Source: Candidatus Poribacteria bacterium (GTDB lineage: Bacteria > Poribacteria > WGA-4E > WGA-3G). Taken from it: DNA of 64,000 bases. A model generated the notes under the pieces. That model made no database searches, was not told the DNA's origin, and was given only the letters and a program-made list of their open reading frames with translations. Position numbers and translations under genes: made by a program. Below, one piece after another: positions 1 to 9,527 of the stretch; positions within the stretch are counted from its first letter, which is position 1, and each line of letters opens with the position of its first letter. The stretch covers positions 2,432,001 through 2,496,000 of the forward strand of contig OZ219753.1 in assembly GCA_964291315.2 (NCBI GenBank), given 5' to 3'.

Positions 1-114
1 GGAATTGAAAGGCGGGTCGAGGCAGATCAGATCTACAGCGTCCTCGGGAAAGTTGCTCATGATGTCGAGGCAATCTCCATAGTATAATGCATTTGTTTCG
101 AAACGTAAGTTCAT
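1..114 (-). CDS. N-terminus of a site-specific DNA methyltransferase (N6/N4, beta class); runs off the window edge
   Basis: Not in the ORF track. Manual translation from ATG at 114: MNLRFETNALYYGDCLDIMSNFPEDAVDLICLDPPFNS (GDCL and DPPF motifs); SD-like AGAGGAG upstream. Confidence 0.85.
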   Translation of the reverse strand, partial: MNLRFETNALYYGDCLDIMSNFPEDAVDLICLDPPFNS

Positions 115-667
115 ACAGCAAATCTCCTCTGCATCAAATGTGTTGTTAGATGTCGTTTTCGGGGATGCCTCTCTCTTTCTAGGCGTGTCGTCTCTGGTAG
201 ACAGTGTGTTGCCTGCCGTCCCTGATTAGGTCGGACGCAAAGACTTAGGTAGGATTTACGCAAAGATAATAGAACAGTAGAAATAAGCGCAATGCGAGCG
301 AAGGGATGCCCGCGCGAAGACACCTGATAATGTATGTTCGCGTAAGTTTTGTTGGAAATAGTGAGGGAATAATCGAGATGTGTTAACTTTAAGTTAAATT
401 TAGCGGGGGGGGTAATAACCGATTGTTAAAGCCGATGCATTGACGAAAGACAAGAAGAAGTTAGCACTCCACAAGGCGCAGCCTCGGAGAGTTTTTCGCT
501 TTACTTTTTTATCTGTGAAATTAACAACTCGGTTATTCACTGTTGCTCGTTATCACTTTCAATGTAGAATGCTTAGGAGGTCACTTTCGCTTTAAAAATT
601 CTTGTTTAGACGTTTTTAGGGACATTTAGAGTTTGCTGTGAAGTAGCAGAGATGTTTTGTATCTACA

Positions 668-1462
668 TCATTTATTGTTTCGTTGTAGGCGTTTTATTTC
701 AGCTAATGCCTCGGCGAGCTCTGCGTCGGCTTGTTGTCGTGCTTTTGCCTCTGCTGCTGCCCGGGCGTCGGCTTGTTGTCGTGCTTTTGCCTCTGCTGCT
801 GCCCGGGCGCCGGCTTCAGCTGCCCGGGCGTCGGCTTGTTGTCGTGCTTTTGCCTCTGCTGCTGCCCGGGCATTGGCACTTCTAATCTGTTGCCCCGAAG
901 GCTCCAGCCACACCGAACGAACAGGATCATAAAATCCCAGGCGCCCCGCACGCTCTCCTAACTCTAAACCCAGCACAAGCGACGGCAGCCGATCACCCAC
1001 AAATGCTATCTCTTCATACACGCCTTCCACAAGATGATACCCAAGAAAAGCAGGCAACACCTCACCATACGGATCGTAAATATAATACTCACGCACACCC
1101 AGCACCGATGCATACAACTCACGCTTCGCAGTCAAGTCGTGCCTATAGGTGCTTGGACTCGCCAACTCTAACACAAAGTCAGGCGCGTGTCCCTCTTCCC
1201 AGACCCGATAGGTGCGCCGATCCTTTTTGCTAACCCCGAAGACAACAAACACATCTGGCGACACCGATTTCCTGGGGTTCCCCTCCTCATAATACATCAT
1301 CAGGTTGCCAGAGACATATGCGTCGTTGATGTTTTGGAAGTGGTGCTTAAGCATCTGAATGCAGTCGATCATGAGGTTTCTGTGCTTGTCGGTCTCTGCC
1401 ATAGGTTTACCGTCCGATTCGGGATAGACGAGCGTTGGAGCGGCTTTTATTCCTCTATCCAT
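668..1462 (-). CDS. Uma2 family (PD-(D/E)xK-like) putative endonuclease with repetitive coiled-coil tail
   Basis: YPESDGKPMAE start, SPDVFVVFG, PDFVLELAS, GVREYYIYDP; GGAGG SD upstream. Confidence 0.9.
   Translation of the reverse strand: MDRGIKAAPTLVYPESDGKPMAETDKHRNLMIDCIQMLKHHFQNINDAYVSGNLMMYYEEGNPRKSVSPDVFVVFGVSKKDRRTYRVWEEGHAPDFVLELASPSTYRHDLTAKRELYASVLGVREYYIYDPYGEVLPAFLGYHLVEGVYEEIAFVGDRLPSLVLGLELGERAGRLGFYDPVRSVWLEPSGQQIRSANARAAAEAKARQQADARAAEAGARAAAEAKARQQADARAAAEAKARQQADAELAEALAEIKRLQRNNK
723..871. repeat. In-frame 42-bp tandem repeat (3 copies plus a 21-bp half unit) encoding ARAAAEAKARQQAD
   Basis: gcgtcggcttgttgtcgtgcttttgcctctgctgctgcccgg at 723, 765 and 828; half unit at 807. 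Confidence 0.95.
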
Positions 1463-1632
1463 GGGCTACCTCCTGCCTCTACTATCGTATTAACTTGTAG
1501 GATGAAGTGTATCACAAAAATCGGTATATAGCAAGAAAATTTCATATACCTCGCGGCAAAATCTAAACACGCCTTTTTAAAACGAAGGGGGCCTGATACA
1601 ATACAGCTGTTTTTTTGATGAGAAGCCAGAAG

Positions 1633-2400
1633 TTAAGCATCCAGCGGCACGATATCAGCATAGATGTACGTGGGCGAACTGTTCCTGCTTGAGTGAATTT
1701 TGTCATCTTTGTCTTTCTTAGAAACGATATTTCTCTGGACAACACGCCCGGGTTTCGCTGCCACAGGCGAACTAAACATGGGGCCATCAATCACACAGGT
1801 ATGGAATTCACCGTTTTCACCGAGCGGGTCCACCTTCTGTGGTAAGTCTGCAACGAGTTTGGCATCAAACCATCGACCTGCAAAATCGGCGGGCATCTGA
1901 GTCGGGTTGAGTGCGGTAATAATGGCCCGGATGCCGGAAGCAATCATCTCTTGCGCGAGTTCGGTAGTGTCCCTACCCCATATTGGAAAGATCGGTGTCA
2001 CGCCGGTTCCTTTGAGTTTATCCTCGCGATACTCACGAATATCTTCAAGAAAGAGATCACCGAAGGCGAAATGTGAGGCACCCAGATGTTCAGGCAGCGC
2101 CTCTACTTCGGCGAGAAACTTTCGCATCGCCTCTTCATAGATAGCATTAGAGCAAGGATAGGGGATCGGTATCTGATACAGCGGTACACCAATTTTTTCA
2201 GCCTGCTGTTTCAGCACCCATGCCGGCGTAGAGTGGATAGACACCCGGTCAAACGTCTTCGTGACGGTTGTAAAGATACCGCGCACCTCATACCGTTCGG
2301 ACTGCTGCCGTAAGGTCTGCAGTGCCCAAGCGGAATCTTTACCTGAAGACCAAGAGACCAAGATTGGCACGGGCATTGTTTCGTTCGTCTGTTTTCTCAT
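1633..2400 (-). CDS. PP-loop adenine nucleotide alpha hydrolase (diphthamide synthase/MJ0570-like)
   Basis: SWSSGKDS PP-loop, FGDLFLEDIREYRE, DPLGENGEFHT. Confidence 0.85.
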   Translation of the reverse strand: MRKQTNETMPVPILVSWSSGKDSAWALQTLRQQSERYEVRGIFTTVTKTFDRVSIHSTPAWVLKQQAEKIGVPLYQIPIPYPCSNAIYEEAMRKFLAEVEALPEHLGASHFAFGDLFLEDIREYREDKLKGTGVTPIFPIWGRDTTELAQEMIASGIRAIITALNPTQMPADFAGRWFDAKLVADLPQKVDPLGENGEFHTCVIDGPMFSSPVAAKPGRVVQRNIVSKKDKDDKIHSSRNSSPTYIYADIVPLDA

Positions 2401-2428
2401 TCTAGAACCTTCTCTCAATTTAGCTGCA

Positions 2429-2992
2429 TTACAGCGCCAAAAAGTTTGCCAATAAGCTCTTTCCAGCGGTTGTTAAAATGGATTCGGGATGAAATTGCAC
2501 GCCCCAAACGGGTAAAGTTTTGTGCTTAAGCCCCATAATCTCGTCTTGTTCTGTCCAAGCCGTAATTTCAAAGCAATCCGGCAGCGTCTCTTTCTTTACT
2601 ATGAGAGAATGGTAACGCGTTGCTTCAAATGGGTTAGCCAAGCCGTCAAAGAGGTCAGTCCCGTTGTGCAGGATCATGGACGTTTTGCCGTGCATCAAAC
2701 GTTCTGCCCGCACCACTTCACCGCCGAATACGTCGCCGATGCACTGGTGGCCGAGACAAACCCCTAAAATTGGGACTTTTCCAGCGAAGTATTTTATAAC
2801 GGCGTTAGACATGCCTGCTTCTCGCGGTGTGCAAGGTCCCGGGGATATTACAATGCGCTCCGGATTCAGCGAATCTAATGCATCTAGCCCTATTTTTCTA
2901 CTGCGACGAACCTCTAATTCAGCCCCGAGTTCACCGAGATACTGCACAAGATTATACGTAAAGGAGTCGTAGTTATCAATCATTAAAACCAT
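2429..2992 (-). CDS. trpG: Anthranilate/aminodeoxychorismate synthase component II (glutamine amidotransferase)
   Basis: [28 protein letters not shown]; directly downstream of trpE. Confidence 0.93.
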   Translation of the reverse strand: MVLMIDNYDSFTYNLVQYLGELGAELEVRRSRKIGLDALDSLNPERIVISPGPCTPREAGMSNAVIKYFAGKVPILGVCLGHQCIGDVFGGEVVRAERLMHGKTSMILHNGTDLFDGLANPFEATRYHSLIVKKETLPDCFEITAWTEQDEIMGLKHKTLPVWGVQFHPESILTTAGKSLLANFLAL

Positions 2993-3081
2993 CTTTTGTC
3001 TCCTACAGTTTTAATTGACACTTATTGAACGGGTTTCGGGAGCACACACGTTCCCGAAAATGTTAACTCAAAAGATGAGTC

Positions 3082-4584
3082 TCACAATAAGAAACCTCGT
3101 TCTGCCAATGCAATAGCGCTGAGCATTGCTCGCGCCTTGCTCACAGTTTCATAATATTCGGTTTCAGGGTCTGAATCCGCGACGATCCCGCCGCCGGCTT
3201 GTACATAAGCCGTGCCATCTTTAATAACCGCAGTTCGGATAGTAATAGCTGTGTCTGCACTGCCAGAGAAACTGAAGTACCCGACCATTCCACCATACGG
3301 ACCGCGCCGCGTCGGTTCCAGTTCGTCAATAATCTCCATCGCACGGATCTTCGGGGCCCCAGAGAGCGTACCAGCCGGAAGGCACGCGCGCAGAACGTCA
3401 AAAGCCGTGAGATTTTCGCGCAATCTTCCGACAACATGTGAGACGATATGCATCACATGCGAAAAACGTTCAACTATCATAAAATCGGTGACTTCAACGG
3501 TATGATATTCGCACACACGTCCAAGGTCGTTCCGCCCTAAATCGACAAGCATAACGTGTTCTGCACGTTCTTTCGGATCCGAGAGAAGCCGCTGCTCCAG
3601 CTCCCGGTCCTCCTCGGCAGTTGCGCCGCGCCGGAGTGTGCCTGCGATCGGGCGTGTTTGGACGATGCCGTCCTCTACCCTAACCATCATTTCCGGGGAC
3701 GCCCCTACAATGTCAAAGCCATTAAACTTCAGGTAGTACATATAGGGCGATGGATTAACCATTCGCAACGCCCGATAGACATCAAACGAATCTACGGACA
3801 CCTGGCAATTGAAACGTTGTGAGGGGACAACCTGGATGATGTCCCCCGCAGCGATGTATTCTTTAGCATGCCTAACCGCGGCTTCGTAATCAGGTTTCGT
3901 GAAATTCGACTGCGGATCGGACGGAATTTCATTATACCAATCCTGATCCTCGCTTCTATTCCTATGTAGGTGTGATTCGGAAGCAGCTGTAAGTTTTTTA
4001 ACCCATACCTCAATTTTTGCCAGGGCATCCGCATAAGCTGCGTCAACATCGCCATCAATATGGGCGTTTGCGACAACCTGAATCTGATGGTTTACATGAT
4101 CAAATATCAGAATGGTTTCCGCGATCATGAAAAAGCTGTCCGGAAGCTGCAATTCATCTTCGGCACTGTCCGGCAATTCCTCAACGAAGCGAACCATGTC
4201 ATAACTCATATAGCCGACTGCCCCACCGTGGAATTCCGGTAACGTTTCAGCGTCAACCGGCCGGTAATTCTGCATCACTTCTTCAAGTGCCTTCAACGGA
4301 TCCTCACAGTCTTGGACCACAGTTTCGCCTTTTGCCACATATTCAATGGTAACCTGATGGCCTTTACTATGGAACAGCACGGACGGTTGACTCCCCAGAA
4401 ATGAGTAGCGGGCAACCGTCTCACCGCCTTCAACGCTCTCTAGCAAGAAGGCATAATTACTAGGCATCAACTTGTAAAAGGCGGACACCGGTGTCTCCAT
4501 ATCCGCCAAGATAGACCTGTATACCGGTATCGTATTGCCTAATTTTGCTTTTTCTCGAAAATCCTCCAACGTTGGATAATACAT
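3082..4584 (-). CDS. trpE: Anthranilate synthase component I
   Basis: LLES, NPSPYM, KERAEHVMLVDLGRND, GTLSGAPK; start set at MYYP after a GGAG SD. Confidence 0.95.
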   Translation of the reverse strand: MYYPTLEDFREKAKLGNTIPVYRSILADMETPVSAFYKLMPSNYAFLLESVEGGETVARYSFLGSQPSVLFHSKGHQVTIEYVAKGETVVQDCEDPLKALEEVMQNYRPVDAETLPEFHGGAVGYMSYDMVRFVEELPDSAEDELQLPDSFFMIAETILIFDHVNHQIQVVANAHIDGDVDAAYADALAKIEVWVKKLTAASESHLHRNRSEDQDWYNEIPSDPQSNFTKPDYEAAVRHAKEYIAAGDIIQVVPSQRFNCQVSVDSFDVYRALRMVNPSPYMYYLKFNGFDIVGASPEMMVRVEDGIVQTRPIAGTLRRGATAEEDRELEQRLLSDPKERAEHVMLVDLGRNDLGRVCEYHTVEVTDFMIVERFSHVMHIVSHVVGRLRENLTAFDVLRACLPAGTLSGAPKIRAMEIIDELEPTRRGPYGGMVGYFSFSGSADTAITIRTAVIKDGTAYVQAGGGIVADSDPETEYYETVSKARAMLSAIALAERGFLL

Positions 4585-4626
4585 TGATAACTCCTTCGAA
4601 ATTGCCACACTAACGTTTATCAAAAT

Positions 4627-5007
4627 TTAGTAGACAGCATCCGCGTTGAAAACCTTCTCACCTATTACACGCGTTGACTCTCCGTCAAGCGAAACTTCTC
4701 GGTAGAAGCATGAGCGATAGCCGACATGACATGCTGCGACTTTCTGATCGACCTTTATGAGCAGGGCATCCCCGTCGCAATCGACGGCAATAGACTTAAC
4801 CGTCTGCGTATGCCCTGAAGTTTCTCCCTTTATCCACAGCTTCTGACGGGAACGGCTCCAGAAGCAGACACGTCCAGTTGTTAACGTCTCTTTTATCGAT
4901 TCCGTGTTCATGTACCCCACCATTAAAATCTCGTTGTTCGTATAGTCTTGAATGACTGCAGCCACTAAACCGTCACGGTCGTACTTAAGCTCCGACAGAA
5001 TGTTCAT
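4627..5007 (-). CDS. hisI: Phosphoribosyl-AMP cyclohydrolase
   Basis: [30 protein letters not shown]. Confidence 0.95.
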   Translation of the reverse strand: MNILSELKYDRDGLVAAVIQDYTNNEILMVGYMNTESIKETLTTGRVCFWSRSRQKLWIKGETSGHTQTVKSIAVDCDGDALLIKVDQKVAACHVGYRSCFYREVSLDGESTRVIGEKVFNADAVY

Positions 5008-5055
5008 CCGGGTTCTCCTTTCAAAATCAGGTTCTATGAAATTTAAGCGCTTTGC

Positions 5056-5098
5056 AAAAAAAATACCTTATGCTGCCGGGTTCGGTGTGCATAAGGTT
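5056..5098 (-). terminator. Intrinsic terminator (attenuator) in the hisI-trpE-trpG leader
   Basis: Minus strand ACCTTATGC-acaccgaacccggca-GCATAAGGT followed by A and T8, about 50 nt before the hisI start. Confidence 0.8.
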
Positions 5099-5146
5099 TC
5101 AATACGACTTAAAAATAAAAAATATTATTTTCAATCTCTGTTTCAG

Positions 5147-5248
5147 TTATACGTTTGAGCACACACTTCCCCGCAAGACGTTGGAACACCGCCAATACCA
5201 ATGGTTAAATAGACTATTCAAGTTGGAGTGTGAACGTACAAGTGTCAT
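5147..5248 (-). CDS. Putative attenuator leader peptide, 33 aa: MTLVRSHSNLNSLFNHWYWRCSNVLRGSVCSNV
   Basis: Manual translation; H-W-Y-W codon cluster, lying between a promoter and a terminator upstream of his/trp genes. SD is weak. Confidence 0.65.
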   Translation of the reverse strand: MTLVRSHSNLNSLFNHWYWRCSNVLRGSVCSNV

Positions 5249-5395
5249 GTTTATCGCTTTTCGTAGATAGGTCAATAATCGCAATACTCGCGTCCGGGCA
5301 ATACCAAGTGCTAACCGATACTGTGATTTAGTTTTTTGTTCTGAAAAACTAAATGCTCGCGTTTATGCGCAACTTCAAACACTACTATTCTATTA

Positions 5396-5424
5396 ATGAT
5401 ACCATATTGAATATATGTTGTCAA
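5396..5424 (-). promoter_or_regulatory. Sigma70-type promoter for the hisI-trpE-trpG leader
   Basis: Minus strand TTGACA-N17-TATCAT with TG extension. Confidence 0.65.
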
Positions 5425-5446
5425 TTTTTTTTAATGTCGAAACAAT

Positions 5447-5476
5447 TTGCAAAGGAACGGTACAGTATGCTATAAT
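5447..5476 (+). promoter_or_regulatory. Sigma70-type promoter upstream of the cobalamin riboswitch
   Basis: TTGCAA-N18-TATAAT with TG extension. Confidence 0.65.
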
Positions 5477-5503
5477 ATATAGATTACAATCGAATAATTT
5501 GAA

Positions 5504-5719
5504 GATTCAGGTGCCGGAAGAGCCGGAGAATAGGGAAGCGCGGTGAGAAACCGCCACGGCCCCGCCACTGTGAACGATCCACCTTCGTTGAAGGCGAGTA
5601 TCCGCTGAAAAACCACTGTCAATAGACTAATTGATGGGAAGGATAGCGGATTTACGTAAAGCAAGTTTGGACGTGTCAACCACGCCAGAGGATCGGAAGT
5701 CAGGAGACCTGCCTGAATC
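5504..5719 (+). ncRNA. Cobalamin (AdoCbl) riboswitch
   Basis: AGGTGC...AATAGGGAA..CGGTG..AA.CCG..CGGCCCCCGCCACTGTG...CCACTG...TGGGAAGG...B12 box AAGTCAGGAGACCTGCC; P1 GATTCAGG (5504) pairs with CCTGAATC (5712). Confidence 0.95.
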
Positions 5720-5864
5720 GTGTTTCACACATCTGTTTTCGCGGGAGAGCAGTGGAACAGCGTACAGCAATATCCTGTTAGATGAAGAAGATAGAAGTGC
5801 TGCGGAAGATATAGAATCCTTGCACGAAATCACAGGATTAGACTTACATGACATGTCGCCGTAC

Positions 5865-5934
5865 CCTCTGTTTCTCGGAGCTGATTGTGAGTTGGCAACT
5901 TGCAATCAAAAGCTGTGAAGACAGAGGTTTTTTG
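5865..5934 (+). terminator. Long hairpin plus U-tract, probable riboswitch expression platform
   Basis: CCTCTGT..AGCT-GATTGTGAGTT-ggc-AACTTGCAATC..AGCT..ACAGAGG-TTTTTT just before the GGAGG SD of the first gene. Confidence 0.55.
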
Positions 5935-5954
5935 TTTCATTACGGAGGCTTTCG

Positions 5955-7331
5955 GTGAAGCTTGCAAGCCGAAAGTTATTATTGAAAAATATGAACAACG
6001 TTTTTTGCCCTCGGCGGCATTTTTCGCGCTATTCTCACAACCTATATTCGCTCCTACTTATAGGCGCGATACTCTTCACGCCTCTCCTGAGCCCTGTTTT
6101 TGGACAAACAGAAGTTCAGGAGATAGCTGTTGTCATAAACGCTTTAACCCACCCCGACTTAGGTATTACCGCTTCACTTTCGCTCATAGATCTAACGGAA
6201 ACCAACGAAAAACGGGCTGTTGATAATGAGGTGCTCCATTTCAGTACCGAGGTGCTTCATCGAAGACGGGCAGCCGAACTTTCCATTCACGGTCATCTGG
6301 CTTATATTCCGACCTTTAACTTACCTGCTACGGGTGATTCCAGTTTCGGCGACAACATCTTTATTGTCAACTTAGAAAACCGAGAAATTGTGGGTGAAAT
6401 TCCGATTCAAGACGGTGCAACCCCTCAACAGATCGCTCTTATCAGTCATCAGAAGATGTATGTCACCTGTGCCGCGGCACATCAAGTGCATGTCATCGAC
6501 ATCCCTAATCGTAACGTAACGAAGGTCCTCACCGGCCCCTTCAACAAACCCACGGGTATTACGCTGCTCAATGGTAAAGCGTACGTGTCGAACCCTGCGT
6601 GGGAGTGGGATCCGGTTGAACGGAAAACAATCTATTACGACAGCAGCATCACAGTGATTGATACGGAGACAGATGTTATACTGACATCGATCCCGGTACC
6701 GACAAACGCCGGCGAGATCATCAACGATGCTGAATCCACCATTATTGTCAAAACAATAGGCAATTATAATGACATCTTGGGACATCTCGTTCTGATTGAC
6801 GCAACCACTGACGAGGTAATTAAAACAGTTAAACTGGGCTTCACCCCTGGTTCCGCTGCTCTTAATCCACAAAAGCAGCTGTTTCTTCAAGGGAGCTGGG
6901 AAAACCCAGGGCTGCTTATCTACGATGTTGTTGCGCAAGACTGGGTCCGGGATGAAGATGATCCGATTGCTAATTTTAGTAACGATGAGGAAGCTCCTAT
7001 CGACGGGTCTCTGACTTTTGCGCCGGACGGTCATTTGTTTATAACGAAGCCTGATTGGGCGGGTAGCGGTCAGGATTTCGTTCGTATCATGGACGTGACG
7101 GACGCGGCTCTTCTAAAGACCTATCACGTCGGTCCCGGCGGTTCCATCCTAGCATTTGCACAGATTATTCCTCGTGGCGAAGACATCAATAACGACGGGT
7201 TTGTTAACATGGAGGACTTAACACTGGCAAGCAAGTTTTTGGGCGATCAAGGGACCGGACGTGTTGCCGATGTCAATGGAGACAGCATTGTTAATGTTCT
7301 CGATCTAGTGCTGATAGCACAAGCACTATAA
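5955..7331 (+). CDS. Secreted YncE-like beta-propeller with C-terminal type I dockerin; candidate cobalamin-binding protein
   Basis: Signal-like hydrophobic segment, YncE-type repeats (KMYVT, KAYVSN, ITVIDT), paired DINNDGFVN..DL / DVNGDSIVN..DL; GGAGG SD; under a B12 riboswitch. Confidence 0.75.
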   Translation: MKLASRKLLLKNMNNVFCPRRHFSRYSHNLYSLLLIGAILFTPLLSPVFGQTEVQEIAVVINALTHPDLGITASLSLIDLTETNEKRAVDNEVLHFSTEVLHRRRAAELSIHGHLAYIPTFNLPATGDSSFGDNIFIVNLENREIVGEIPIQDGATPQQIALISHQKMYVTCAAAHQVHVIDIPNRNVTKVLTGPFNKPTGITLLNGKAYVSNPAWEWDPVERKTIYYDSSITVIDTETDVILTSIPVPTNAGEIINDAESTIIVKTIGNYNDILGHLVLIDATTDEVIKTVKLGFTPGSAALNPQKQLFLQGSWENPGLLIYDVVAQDWVRDEDDPIANFSNDEEAPIDGSLTFAPDGHLFITKPDWAGSGQDFVRIMDVTDAALLKTYHVGPGGSILAFAQIIPRGEDINNDGFVNMEDLTLASKFLGDQGTGRVADVNGDSIVNVLDLVLIAQAL

Positions 7332-7352
7332 GGGTTATCAGTTCTTAGTTAA

Positions 7353-9347
7353 GTGAGGTCTATGGACGGAACTTGCAACACCCATACAAGATCAATCGAT
7401 AACCGCCAACTAGGGACTAACAACTATTATGAGTCTCTTTGGTACGTGCCACTGCTCATTTTCTTGATCAGTTGTGCCTCATCCGTTAAAGATGCACCGT
7501 TTTCATGGAAGGTGACGTTCTTTTCGCTTGGGGCAAAGGCACGCCTGAGTGCGGAGGCACCTGTGCAGCGCCTGACTGCCTTTAACGCCGATGGCGTAAC
7601 GGTTGCACAGCTCAATTTTCCCGCTCCACCGCGTCAGATAGAATCCCTCTATTTTGAATGGCAGTCAGGGGAAACCTATAGGTTTGAAGCCACTTTGACA
7701 ACAGGGGATGTGGAGACTCAAACCCTAACGGCTCCGCGAAGATACACACAAGGTGGCTTAGAGATCGCTATCCCCTACGGTGTTGGAATGCAATCGGAGC
7801 CAGGCAGCACAGCAAGCAACGACCAAGTTGCTCTCGTCTTACACGAAACCGAGATGGCAGCCACCGTCCTCGTTAGAAACGGAAAGATGCCAGCGACCTT
7901 TGACGTCAACGTCTTTCTCCCGTCAACGTTGAGTGTTGCCCGTCTGCCGGCGGGTTGGAAAATCGAAATAACTGAGGCAGGAACACACCTCTCCACCACT
8001 GATAGATTTGGCGTTGCATCGGAGGTTTGGTATCGTGAGCTAATTTTGAAGACCTCCACGTCAATCGACTCAGGGAGGCAAGAAATTTCTGGGGTTGTCC
8101 AGTTCACAACAGACAGGGGGCAGGTATGGGAACACCGGACGACGGTACAGGTGCGTGTTGCAACTGTGCCAGAGATTACCGAGAATCTCTCAATAGTATC
8201 GATGGAGATGCCTACAGATGCAAAAGGAACAGCAGATCCAAAGCAACGAGCGGATACTATCTACTATCCACGCCCACTGTTCCGTTGGCTTGAGACCTCA
8301 CAGACGAACCCGTTCGAACCCACAACCTATCAGACCGTCCGGATCCGCAATGCGGGCGAGGAAACTATCCATGTGCTTGTGTCCTCGACCGCTAGAGATG
8401 TAAAGACGGGTGAAGTTGTGCCTTTCCTTTCGCCGCCGGAGGCAGCAAACGGTGGAACGAACCAGAGCGTCGCCTTCGCAAGTCTGCCCGGAGGCATCGT
8501 TACTGAAATTGCGTTACCTATCTATTTTCACCCGGTGTATTTAAAAGAAAGTAGGCCGGAACGGGCGGTCCCGGGGGAATACACGCGCGATATTGCAGTG
8601 AAGATCTGGGGAAGCGACACGACAATATTCCGCGCAAAACAGCCACTCCATCTGATGGTGCCAAATCGACAAGCACTGCTCGTCAGTCTACTAGCGATCG
8701 TCAGCAGCACCATCGGACTGGCAGTTGTTCTAAGACTACACAAACAACTGTTCGCCGGTTTCACAACAAAACAGCTCATTGTCATCGCGCTGTTTGGCAC
8801 AACCATGTTTGTGGCGGTGACTGTCCCGTCAACGCTATTTCTTAACTTGATTCGTGCTGTCCTGGGACCTATCTCTCTCCTGCTGACAGGCTTGATAAAT
8901 GAGACGCTCTACTATGCTTTGCTGACCGCGTTGCTCATCTATATTAATGGAAGCCCCGAAAGCAACGAGGGCGCTAATCGAAAACCATATCGTAAGGGCA
9001 GCGGGGTCATTCTGCTGGTCTCCGCAGTACGCTTACTTCTCAGCGGCGTGACCTTCGGGCTTTTTACACCAATAGCGATCGTCTACACTGGTGCAAGCGT
9101 ACTTCTGTTGGAAACAGGTTTTCTGTTCGTGCGAGAACGTAGCCTGTTCATGTGGGCAGTTGTGTTGAGCCTCTGTGACGCCATCGCCGTCTATGTCGAT
9201 TTTCAACTCTCTATATTCCTCTACCGGCTTTTCTACGCCGATTGGTATATTATTCTCCGGATCTTAATAGAGGGATTCGCCTATACGTTTATTGGGGTGC
9301 TACTCGGTGCAAGATTAGGACGAGGTCTCTGGCGTGTAGCGGATTAA
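7353..9347 (+). CDS. Lipoprotein-like extracellular domains fused to a C-terminal multi-TM domain resembling an ECF S-component
   Basis: LLIFLISC lipobox-like; about 6-7 hydrophobic helices from QALLVSLL on, including FTTKQLIVIALF; start uncertain. Confidence 0.65.
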   Translation: MRSMDGTCNTHTRSIDNRQLGTNNYYESLWYVPLLIFLISCASSVKDAPFSWKVTFFSLGAKARLSAEAPVQRLTAFNADGVTVAQLNFPAPPRQIESLYFEWQSGETYRFEATLTTGDVETQTLTAPRRYTQGGLEIAIPYGVGMQSEPGSTASNDQVALVLHETEMAATVLVRNGKMPATFDVNVFLPSTLSVARLPAGWKIEITEAGTHLSTTDRFGVASEVWYRELILKTSTSIDSGRQEISGVVQFTTDRGQVWEHRTTVQVRVATVPEITENLSIVSMEMPTDAKGTADPKQRADTIYYPRPLFRWLETSQTNPFEPTTYQTVRIRNAGEETIHVLVSSTARDVKTGEVVPFLSPPEAANGGTNQSVAFASLPGGIVTEIALPIYFHPVYLKESRPERAVPGEYTRDIAVKIWGSDTTIFRAKQPLHLMVPNRQALLVSLLAIVSSTIGLAVVLRLHKQLFAGFTTKQLIVIALFGTTMFVAVTVPSTLFLNLIRAVLGPISLLLTGLINETLYYALLTALLIYINGSPESNEGANRKPYRKGSGVILLVSAVRLLLSGVTFGLFTPIAIVYTGASVLLLETGFLFVRERSLFMWAVVLSLCDAIAVYVDFQLSIFLYRLFYADWYIILRILIEGFAYTFIGVLLGARLGRGLWRVAD

Positions 9348-9527
9348 ACTATCAGTCCATACGCTGAAGCATGCCACACACTAACACCCTGTGCTACAAT
9401 GTTCCTATTCATTTCTAAACCTTACTGTCGAACTTACGTTGACGATCTATACCGAGTAACTCACAAAGAAACGCGAAACCTGCAGTCCGAACAACGCAGA
9501 AAATTTACAACACAAGGAAACACGATC

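Noticed and set aside
195-270. GGACGCAAAG resembling a c-di-GMP-I riboswitch core
   Set aside because: The upstream GGCAAA and GNRA-capped P2 stem and the P3 receptor are not present.
723-871. Possible CRISPR array
   Set aside because: Units are contiguous with no unique spacers, in frame within a CDS, and no cas genes are present.
652-961. Several + strand and alternative-frame ORFs with Cys- or Leu-rich repeats
   Set aside because: Shadow translations of the 42-bp repeat inside the Uma2 gene.
5631-5918. 95-aa acidic ORF
   Set aside because: Starts inside the riboswitch aptamer and runs through the expression platform; no SD.
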